NCBI GenBank assembly: GCA_032718475.1
Contig: JAUCBJ010000727.1
Location: 1-64,000 of the forward strand
DNA from: Nemertoderma westbladi
Lineage: Eukaryota; Animalia; Xenacoelomorpha
DNA: 64,000 bases
Direction: 5' to 3'
Positions 24,601-36,600 of the stretch are shown here, piece by piece; the first letter of the stretch is position 1; each line of letters begins with the position of its first letter. A program made the position numbers and the translations under genes. The notes beneath the pieces were generated by a model. That model saw only the letters and a list, made by a program, of their open reading frames with translations. It did no database searches and had not been told where the DNA came from.

Positions 24601-27600
24601 TAATTAAATAAGGAATAATCAAATAACGAATAATTAAATAACGAATAATTAAATGAGGAATAATTAAATGAGGAATAATTTAATGTTAATGTTCCTAAGG
24701 AATAATTTAATAAATAAATAATATATTACTGCACATGAAATTATTGTGTGCTATATTATAATACTGTAGCTTAGATATGCTACATTATATATATACTATA
24801 GCATGTAATATATATATATATATATTATAGGCTATATTATATATAGCTTAGTATATGTAGTTTCCATTCCATGCCTGTTATTGTGGGATTAACTATATGT
24901 TTGTTAAAACTAGAAAATAATGGCCAGCGATTCATTATATCGAGCTCCGAGTGTCAAACCTCCAACGTTGTCAGATCTTAAAGACGCAGCTGAAAGAACA
25001 GGACTAGTATTAGAGGAACATGAGTTTGAGGAATATCAGAAAGTCATGCATTCTGCTCTAAAATCTTACGATGTAATCTATGATCTACCAGAACCTGTGC
25101 CACCCACTAAGTACCCACGATTACCCGGTTATCAGCCACATCCTGAGGATAACGTTGGGAGAGCTTGGTATTGGCGATGTGACATTAAGGGAGCTAAGGA
25201 TGGTCTCTTAGCTGGTAAGTGTCTAGCGATCAAAGATAATGTCCAGGTAGCTGGAGTTCCAATGATAAATGGTTCGAAATTAATTGAAGGTTTTATTCCA
25301 CCATTTGATGCAACAATTATAACAAGAATCTTGGACCAGGGAGGGCATATCATTGGAAAGGCATCCTGTGAGGATTTGTGTCATGGTGGGAGCAGTTACA
25401 GTTGCAGCTCTGGACCAGTGCCAAATCCATTTTGCTCCACTAAAAGCGCTGGTGGCTCCAGTTCAGGCAGTGCATATCTAGTGGCTAAAAAAGAAGTGGA
25501 TATGGCAATAGGAGGTGATCAAGGAGGTTCTATACGGTATCCGTCATGTTGGTGTGGAGTTGTGGGTCTGAAACCCACTTTTGGCCTGGTGCCATACACA
25601 GGAATCATGCCCATAGAATTAACAATTGATCACACTGGTCCCATCGCATCATGTGTTACAGACTGTGCTATTCTTCTTGAAGCTATTGCTGGATATGATG
25701 GTGGGTTGGATCCAAGGCAACCATATAACATTCCGGTACCGAAATATTCTCTGTTGTTGACTGGCGATTTAGCTGGGAAGAAAATCGGTATCTTAGAAGA
25801 AGGATTTATAGATTGCGATCCTGAGGTGGAACTCTTGGTAAAAGGAGCGGCTAGAAAGTTAAGCGAAAGAGGAGCAACAGTTGACATGGTATCAGTTCCA
25901 GAACATATGAAGGGTTTGGCGATTTGGTATCCAATTGCTTTAGAGGGAGCATATAATCAAATGATTAAAGGAGCAGGCGATGGTATGAATTGGTCTGGTC
26001 AATATTCCACAGCTCTGAGAGATAAAGTGGCTAGAGGTTTGAAGACAAACATCAATGATATTTCTATCAAACTCAAATTTGGTATTCTTCTTAACGAGTA
26101 CTTGGCTGTAAATTACAACGGTCGCTTTTATTCGAAAGCACAGAATTTAGTCCGTTGGTTGAGAGCTGCTTACGATAAAGCTCTGGAGAAATATGATGTC
26201 CTGATTATGCCAACAATTAAATTTCCCCCTGCGGATTTACCCAAACAGGAAGATACCATCTCTCAGATCCTTCGCAAAGGAAGTTCTATGTGGGGAAATA
26301 CATCCCAATTCAACGTAACCCACCACCCGGCTCTCAGCATCAATGTTGGATTCTACCAGAATTTACCTGTTGGAATGCAAATCGTTGGCAGATGTTTCGA
26401 TGACGTCACGGTTTTAAACGCTGCTTACGCATGGGAACTCGTATCTGATGGCCAATTTAATCCGAAACAGAGAATTTGCAAAAATTCAGATAATGTCGCA
26501 TGAAGTATACTGTAGACTCGTTTATAATTGTGCCTAGTTAGGATAAGTCAGTACGGAACGGTATAAACACTGAAAACTGGACAGGCCATGGCGTTACGTC
26601 ATGGCGTAACGAATTCTATATTTTATTCCAAAATTGTAACATTACTCAACGCCGTTAGTATTAACAGCGAGTTGTTATTTAGCACTTTACAACTTTTGAG
26701 GACATTACAGCATTGTATTGGCCTGTACATATAGAATTGTATTTGGTGTTATCCGTTAAGTAATGTCCCCTTAGTGGACATTACTTAACGCCGTCATTGG
26801 TTACCACGTAAACAATAGGTGGAAATTTGCCTGCCAGCAGGATAGGCCTACTGGGAACCTACCGGTAGTCGGGGTATAGCTATTAATAACCAGTTGGGCC
26901 TAGCTATATTATTATAACATGGCTCCAAACGTCACCATAAATATAAGCTAACTTATTTATAACATAATTTATGTCATTTTTACATTTATTTATACAGCAA
27001 CTAATTTAATTTGTGCAGTTTCTATCACTTATAATATATATACAATCAATTCGTAATGTTACAATTTTGGAATAAAACGACATACATACTTGTTGAAAAG
27101 TACTTTACAGTGTTTTCTGATCCTCGTGGCTTTATTTTCACTCACTCACTAACGATCGTTCGTGTAACAACAAAGCCACTCGGATCATCACACTGTAAAG
27201 TGCTACTTTACACACAAGTAAGTAAATAGTTATTACATTTAATAAAAATTCATCTCTAGGGCCTCGATGTTTTATGATTAACTATTACTCATAAAATATG
27301 TGTGTTGTGTGTAACGAAATATAGAACAAAAATCGAAAAAAATCACTCTCAAAACGTCTCACAAATCACAATCAATTTCACTAACTATCAGATCACTATT
27401 TCTATTGGATGGCCTAATGGCACCATACGATGCGATAACCAATACCATGCCACATAATGTTACACCATTATTGTCAAACACCCCATAACAAGGCGTCCTT
27501 TAATGACCCATGCCATCACCCCATGTCACCTTTACGAATTCACTTAATTATTACAATATTATAATTATTATGTTTACAAATATATGGATGCCATAATGTT

Positions 27601-30600
27601 TCGAGCTACAATAATACTCCAATAATATAAAGCAACGGCGGCTGGTTCGTAGTAATTAATTTAATAATGAATAGCGGAAAATATAGAGTAGAATAAAGAT
27701 TTAGAATAAATATATTATTAATTAATTATTTAAATTTAAATTATATAAATATTTAAATTATATAAATTATTTATTACTTTTTACTGCCATTCAGGCCCGT
27801 ATCGTGCGGGGGGGGGGGGGGGGCTTTGGGGGCACTGCCCCCCCCCCCCCAGACAAGTCCCACTGCCCCCCCAGAGATGTCTTGTTCACTCGTCTTGTTC
27901 ACAATTAATTAATAATAATAGTGTTGACCCCAGTGATCAATATTATTGGATTCACATTGATATACACCCGAAAGCTCCAGGTTCTCTCATTGGCTACCAG
28001 GGGTTGTTTGTCGTTGACCCATTATCTATTTGTCTGTGATTTTGGAGTCAGCTTGCAGCTAAAAGGATAGGCGCTGAGGGTTACTTGCGCTGGTATCCAT
28101 ATTTATAATTTGTTGTAACTTAACCTTAACCATATTATACCTGAAGTGGGTCCTTCGCGCAGCACGTGATATAAACTTATGTCAGTGTCAACTTGAAAGA
28201 AATATAAGCAAAATCTAAGCAAATGCCCTTGATCACCCTTGATGCCCTTGAAAACTGCAGTCTATTTTCAAGACCCCAGAAAAAGTTTAAATGACACAGC
28301 TAATGGTCTAGTACAATTCTGCCAAGTTTCCGCTTAAACGGTTTAAATTCAAAGAAATGGGAGGACATTTAATGCTTAGACATGTAGCCATCTAGCAGGA
28401 GACTGTTGAACTGTTGGTGTCAAAGGTTGCTAAAAAATGTCAAGTTTTGGACATATTTATGCCTACAGATTTTCAATTCGATAGCTTTAAATCTGACGAA
28501 TGTTACGTGAATGAAATCGTTACGTCAACAACTATTTGCCATTATTGACATACTACTTAACTTAACAGTGTCTGTTCGCCAAGGCTCCGCCAATTTCGTG
28601 GCTCGCCCCACACACCTTTCAACAATATTGATTATATTTATGTACTAAGTTAACTCTCACTTTGTTATATGCTCCCCAAATCCCAGTTATGGGTTTGCCC
28701 CCCCAGATTTGGCCTCTGCCCCCCCCCCCCCAGATATTATGATCACCATACGGGCCTGCTGCCATTTTTGTACAACATTACCGACTGTGGTATGTAGGCC
28801 TACACGACGTGTGACTTTCAATGAAGTTTTCGTACTGGTGGCGGGTTGTTTGTTTTTATAATTGTTGCATAGTAATAATACCAAGATAAAGTGCATTTTT
28901 TTAAACTAACTATTATAAATAACTATTTATTGTTACTGAATTAATTTACATTAATTAATATTTATTAATTTTAAAACGAAATGGAATTTCCTTCAACGGT
29001 TATTATTTTATTTCTATAGGTGTATATTAGACCTTTAGCTTTATTTTACTTTGTCGCACTAACTAACCATCTATCGTGTAACACATGACAGTGAGACTTT
29101 TGGTGAGGTCGGCATTCCTGTGGACCATAATCTGAGCAATTCCAATATTCTCCTCCACTTTATAAATATCCCGGGCGAAATAAACCGTTGGTTCTAAATG
29201 TAATAAAGTTAAAATAAATGAAACTTTTATTCTTATGATAGTATTTTTATTCGGCTCGCTAGATGGTCATCTCCAGGTGTGAAATAAAGAGTTTCTATAT
29301 AAATGTTATGATTTAATATATTTCACCGGAAATAAAGCACAATACATAACAGTATAATCCTTTTCTAGCAGGGTTGATAAAAATCATGATTTTTTAAAAA
29401 AAATCAAAAAAATCAGATTTTTTTGATTTAAATCAGATTTTTTTTGATTTAAATCAGATTTTTATGATTTAAATCGGGTGACTACAAAGCAAAGACCCAA
29501 TTAACAAAGACCTGTACAAAACACATCTGTTAACTTTCGTTTATTGTTTTGGTTCCCCCAACACGCTTCTGTAACCTGCTCTTTACTAACCTGCTCCTTT
29601 ACTAACCTGCTCCTGTAAATGGCAATGGGACCTAATGCTCTATATGGCAATGGGACCTAACGCCCTTTGGGACGTAACGCATCTTTACCTCTTTGTTTTG
29701 TAGAGTTCCCAAAGCTCATTATGTTACATTGCCATTTAAAGGAACAGGTTAGTAAAGGAGCATGTTACAGAGGCTTGTTGACCAAAACAATAAACGAAAG
29801 TTAACACATGTTCCAAGATTATGCAGGTCTTTATTATTTGGGTTTTTGGTCTTTGTTTTGTAGTCACCCATTTAAATCACATTTTTTTATTTAAATCAGA
29901 TTTTTTTTATTTAAATCAGAATTCATATGAAAACATTGTGAAGACTTCTCGCTTCATCAATGCCCTCTTGTTTAAACGGGATCCCGATCCTTATACCGAA
30001 AAACCGGGATCCCAGCGAAATATCCAATCCCGATTCCGACTTTTTAGGAACGGGATCCCGAAGTTTAAAGTGTTAAATAAATTTGTTGAACATCTAAAAA
30101 AAGTTCCAGCAGAACGGAAATGTTTTGATTTTATCTAATTTTTATTTCAGTAAACCATTCAGTAATAAATTATAAGATATTATAATATAACTTTATCTTA
30201 CTAATATTTCAGAAGTGTAAAATAAAGTGAGTGTTACCGAAAACTCGCCACATATACTATGAACTTTAATGAATTTAATCCAAAATTACACGGGATCTCG
30301 AGAGTGATAATCCCGGTCCCGATCCCGGAAATCCCGAAACGTCTGAATTCGAATATAAACTAAATAAACAAAAAACTGAATAGGACTCTAAACTTCAACT
30401 TAATTAATGGTCCTGTGTATACTGTATGGTATTGAAAATGCGAGCGACATGATACTGTATTTTCATGTAAATATTTAGGTAATTTGAATCATTTATTAAT
30501 AATCAATAATGTAATGTTAATCCTGGCCTTAAAGCATGGTTGATAAAATTCATGGTATTAAAAAAATAAAAAAAATCCGATTTTTTTGATTTTGATTTTA

Positions 30601-33600
30601 AATCATGATTTAAATCAAACAACCCTGTTTTCTAGAAACATAAAATTATGTAGCTATTTGAAATTTCGAGAGAAGAACAGCCAATTTTAATAATGAAACT
30701 ACGGATTAGATGAAAATACAAAACTTTATTTGGAAAAATGCTGTTTTATTTCAATGTCACAAGTAGTTATTTATATAACAGCTCAACTCCAATTCATTAC
30801 ATAGTAACAATTTTTCACAGAAATTTTAGTTTGAAATTAACAGCAAAATTATTATAAATACAATCAAGAGGTAGTTTTGTTCATTATGGATTGAAACATT
30901 GAAGTATCTAGCATTATTCGACGGTACACAGAGGCGCTACACAGAGGCGCTACACAGAGGCGCTACACAGAGGCGCTACACAGAGGCGCTACACAGAGGC
31001 GCTACACAGAGGCGCTACACAGAGGCGCTACACAGAGGCGCTACACAGAGGCGCTACACAGAGGCGCTACACAGAGGCGCTACACAGAGGCGCTACACAG
31101 AGGCGCTACACAGAGGCGCTACACAGAGGCGCTACACAGAGGCGCTACACAGAGGCGCTACACAGAGGCGCTACACAGAGGCGCTACACAGAGGCGCTAC
31201 ACAGAGGCGCTACACAGAGGCGCTACACAGAGGCGCTACACAGAGGCGCTACACAGAGGCGCTACACAGAGGCGCTACACAGAGGCGCTACACAGAGGCG
31301 CTACACAGAGGCGCTACACAGAGGCGCTACACAGAGGCGCTACACAGAGGCGCTACACAGAGGCGCTACACAGAGGCGCTACACAGAGGCGCTACACAGA
31401 GGCGCTACACAGATGCGCTACACAGAGGCGCTACACAGAGGCGCTACACAGAGGCGCTACACAGAGGCGCTACACAGAGGCGCTACACAGAGGCGCTACA
31501 CAGAGGCGCTACACAGAGGCGCTACACAGAGGCGCTACACAGAGGCGCTACACAGAGGCGCTACACAGAGGCGCTACACAGAGGCGCTACACAGAGGCGC
31601 TACACAGAGGCGCTACACAGAGGCGCTACACAGAGGCGCTACACAGAGGCGCTACACAGAGGCGCTACACAGAGGCGCTACACAGAGGCGCTACACAGAG
31701 GCGCTACACAGAGGCGCTACACAGAGGCGCTACACAGAGGCGCTACACAGAGGCGCTACACAGAGGCGCTACACAGAGGCGCTACACAGAGGCGCTACAC
31801 AGAGGCGCTACACAGAGGCGCTACACAGAGGCGCTACACAGAGGCCTACTTATAAAATCAATACATTTTTATTTTATTATGCAGCAGCGCAAAGAATGAA
31901 AAATGAATGAAAAACAATGAAAAAATTATCAATGAAAATTAAATCATAGAATTATATTGCAATAAAACATAATCGTTATATAACATTCCGAGAAGCGACT
32001 GTAATGCGGCCAATTAATAAACTCACCATCCTCGGGGTCGACCACAGTAACCGAGGATTGTTTCGGATTTACCAACAACGTAGCTATCGGGTTGTCCAGG
32101 TTGACCAACAGTTTCTCGGACTGCTCATACTCGCCGTCGTCCACGAGATCGAGGTTCCAGAACGCTTCGGAGTCCCCTGGTTCGAACGTTACCTTCCGCT
32201 GAGGTTTGGTGACGTAATCCTTGCTGCGAGTTGTACCCATGTCTCTCACCGTCACGCCTAAATAAACGAAACTTCATACAGTTAAGAAATGAACATTTTA
32301 AAAGAAAACAAACACTACGAAATATGAGATGACATGACATTTCGGAATGGATAAATAATATTTAGTTTACTTGCATAGCATAACCCCCCCCCCTCTCCAT
32401 TTTTTGCAGATAATAATTTAGTTTTATATTACTTTCATGTACTGGAAGTCGTGGTTACATTTTTTATTTATTAACAAACAAAATTGTTTTCATTTTACGT
32501 GGATTATCAGTTAAGTATTACAATTAAATATATCGTCTTACAAAATAAGCATCATTCTCATAATGATTTTATAAATAGGCTTGGTAGGACAACGAACTGC
32601 AGGTCACTCACTACTATTCATTTATTTATATTACTGTTTATAATGTGAAATTGATATCGGAAATTTGGGTAGTTATAGTGAAAAAGGCCCCCGGGCCTTG
32701 GAAGACGATATATTATTTCGATGTGAATTTGTTCAGTAAATGTTTAGTTGTAACTAACTGATATGTTTCCATTTATATCATATTTTTTTTATCCAAATTT
32801 TTGAGTACAGTGTTTGATCTACCTGTAACACTTCCACCTATATAGTCCATGGAGTTTATATTTTTTTGTAATATTTCAAGGGAGCCCCCCCACCCCCAAC
32901 CCCCCGTTTTTTCTTAATTTATATATATGTCTACAATGTGGTAGCAAAATGCATAGAAACGATATACTATTGAAAAGAGAATCATCAAAAGTAAATAAAA
33001 TTAAAAAAAATTTTATTGAGTGATTTGAGTGAATTTTATCACGTGAGATTTTCACAATTTTAAAAAGAATACTCCTCCTTTACTTTCCATTTTCCGATAC
33101 CACTTTTTTGGAACCAGAAACTTTCGGCCATTTTTATATTTTCATTTTTCATTTTTTATTTCTGATAATTGGCAATTTTGAAAAAAATAAAAATTAAAAA
33201 AATTAAAAAACACTGTTTTTCAAAATTTTCATTAAAAAAATCGGAAAATATTATGAGATCAAGAAAACTGTCCGAAATTTATTGAAGCTTATAAAATTGC
33301 CTTTCATATAAAGCAAAATTGAAAAAAATGATTAAGAAATGGCGGGGGGAGGGGGGGGGGGGGGGGGGGGGGGTAGGGCAACATTGCCTGTATGGGGTCT
33401 GGTTGGTTAATAGTGTCTGACATAAAGGAAGCGAGCTACAATTATGTTTATGGGGTTTTCGGGGTTGCCGGTTGCTGATTATTATTGCCGACGTCAGTTT
33501 TAAAATTTTGTGTAATTTTGTCTGTTTGTCTTACATTTTGACAGACAGTCGTTTTCAGATTGAAATCCACATTAAATTCTGCTCTAGGTGCAATAAAAAG

Positions 33601-36600
33601 CTGCGATTTTGACCCAGGGGGACGTGCGCCCCCCGCCCGCATGAAATTATTAAAATTAGATAAATAAGGAAAGCGTTGTGAAATTTGATGTAGGTACCGG
33701 TACCGGTACCGGTACCATGTTACTTTTACGTTATTCCAAAGCGCCAGCCGATATATAATTGACGGAATTCACTTACCAACCATAGATGATGGTTTCAGAT
33801 TTCCTCGTCTTACTAAACGTATTATCAATCCATCTTTTGTATTTTCTTCCACAACGTAAGTTGTGTTATCCAAATAGGTGTAGGACCAGCTCAATGAAAA
33901 TGTTTGATCAGGGAGACGGTTTCCGCCTAAATAATTAATTAAAAACAGATCTTGAATTCTTGTGAAAAAGTTGGTTTTTATTATTTTCACCCAGTTAAAA
34001 ATTATATTACTTTATGACATATTTGCAGTAAAATAATTAAAGGAAACTTTTTTACTCTCAGGTACCAATGTTAAAAATTAGATTTGAGGACTTCAATTTT
34101 CATTGTATCCTTATTTGGTTTTGAATGTTTGTTGGTAATTAGATTCATTCAACAAGGAAGAGCAGGGTGAGCCATCATTGCCCCCAATGACTCATAAAGG
34201 GCAGTAATGGGATGCAGCGAATTACTGTCTTCCCAGTTTGCGCAATGTTCAGTTAATCTCGAAAGAAATTGCGGTACTACTAATTCTGTGCTTACGCAAG
34301 CTAAACGCCAATAGTCGCCGCATAATTGTGGGTTTATTGCGACGCATTGATCGATGGCACGACACCGATGATGACCCAATGCAATGAAGGTAAATCAGAT
34401 ATAGTAATTGAACTGGCTTGAGGAACGTGGAGGGCCATTCCCCATTCGTTTAATTAATAACACTCTTTTCATTATTATTGTGTATCATTTTACCCATCAT
34501 TTTATCATTTATTGCGATATACGTAATTATATTCGAAAATTAGTTAATATAACTCCCGGATAAGATTTGCGCATCATTTAGAGTGTTTCGAAAAAAGGTC
34601 AAAAGGAAGCAGACGTGAACTTGGAGGTGAAAAAGCAAGAGACGCAATAAAAGCAAAACGCAATTTTTTAGATGGTAGGCCTACAATAATGCCTTAAATT
34701 ATCGGCCAATGAACTGCATAGTAAAATACGGTTAACACTTATAAGTTTAATTAAACTGCTTCGTATAATATATACCGTTGGTTGTTTAATCTTTGATATT
34801 GTTATGTTAAAACTTACCATCATCAGTAACATCGAACTTAAATTCGTCTGCAGTGGCGTTTATCATACCATCATTGAGAATGTATGCCAGCCTCATGTCG
34901 TCAATATCAACTGGAACAATAAGAAAATTCGTATGTTACAACGAAGCCCAAAGTAATATGCGATTGTATTGTGCAGAACTGAGAACATGAAAAACCGAGC
35001 AATCGCATAATATTCCAAACAATAGGAACAACTTTGTATACGGAATAGTTTCAACTCATATAAAGTTGTTGTTGATTTGGCTCGACTGGTTCGTCTAATT
35101 AACTCTCCAGAGAGAAAGGGGAATCTGTCAAATAATCCTGGCGAAATCCAACTCTGGTGAAATCGCTTGCGATAAGGCCGAACCTACTCCAATTTGGTTA
35201 ATTTTCATTTTCTAGTAATTTTTCGGGTGTCCAGTTGCCTTTGCGGTTATAAACTCAAAATTTAGTGCTTGCGAAAGTATCTGTCAAGTCGAGCAGATAG
35301 CATTGAAGTAGCTTGACAGATTGGCGATAGCGTTCAACTAAGTTTATCTCATTTTCCCGTATGCGATGTTACTATTCACATTGCGAGATAGGGGAAGTTA
35401 GTTCCGACAGATTGCTTGGGTCGGTGCTGCTGCCTCATTCCGGGTGATTCAATGCATGTCTGTAAGCATTCAGCTTAATTACCTAAAGCAAGATGCTATC
35501 AGAGAAGGTGCCGGGAAATAAAGTCAGGGGATATTGGGGAGTCTAAAGTTGTACACAACTTACTTACATGGATAAAATGAATGATTGAATTGGAATTATT
35601 ATCGTTAAATAATGTAATTAATTAGTGCAGAACTTGGAGGTGAATAAGGGGGATCTTTTAATTAAATATTTAATACGATCTTGTTGCATTTAGCTATCCA
35701 CACCCCCACGCATCCCCCCACTACAATTTATGTTTCATCTTTTTAATTCAATTTTGATTATAGACAGTGGGAGTAGAACTTATAAACTCTGAGTTATAAA
35801 ACTAAGTTGTATGTCTACATTCGGGGATAATTAGTAATTAAAACAATAAGAGGCGGCAATTAATACAAGTAATTGGGATTCCAACTAAACATTATATCAC
35901 GCATCAATATTTCTCAGCTCTCAAAATCAACAACTCTTAATATTAATAACTCATCGAAGGCCTACTCCAATGTCTTTTTATTTGGTTTGACTTAACGACT
36001 ATGTCAGATGTCAATCATTATTATTACTATAATAATGATATGCATTATGCAAACACATTATTTTTGTTAACGAGCGTCCAAATCCCGAACAACGAGTTTT
36101 TGTATATTAATACCATTGTACTAGCTCTAGGCGGCTTCACCCAAGAAATTATCAGACAGGGCCCCATTATGTAATATTCGCGAGGTAATTAAATATTACA
36201 GCAGTGCAATTTGCAGTGTGGATGGAGCACCAAATTTCTGAATAACGAGTTTATATATGGTGGCTGAACCCACAAAACTGTCAGATTGGGACTCATAATA
36301 AAATATTAGCTAATTATAAAATCATAGCAATTCACCATTCGCACCTTGCAAAAGCACCCACCATATGTCTGCCTGCACACAAAGGCTCCCGAGATGAAAA
36401 GAATTAGCATAAAATTATCTACCGTACATCCATAAATAAGCAAGACGGGATTAATAATTACTAATACCCTATGTTAAGGAAGAAAGGTATATGTGGAAGT
36501 CGGTTGTTTACAGGGAGTAACTTTATAATAACAAGGTATTGCTATTATAACTATTTCTCACTCGATCTATACTATAGTTACTGTGGAAGATCAACGCGTT

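Noticed and set aside
16039-25887. Minus-strand ORFs repeated within each amidase (e.g. MICPPWSKIL..., MSTVAPLSL...)
   Set aside because: Antisense shadows conserved only because the amidase CDSs are near-identical; they do not fit the host exon chain, which is complete without them.
15821-26503. Bacterial contamination as the source of the amidases
   Set aside because: The genes are interleaved with host-type transposons and satellites inside a phase-consistent animal intron, have AT-rich codon usage, and lack operon spacing or obvious Shine-Dalgarno sites.
30899-31910. 318-aa and 165-aa ORFs of repeated RRYTEALHRGATQ
   Set aside because: By-product of a stop-free 13-bp minisatellite; no ATG context, splice signals or codon-level variation.
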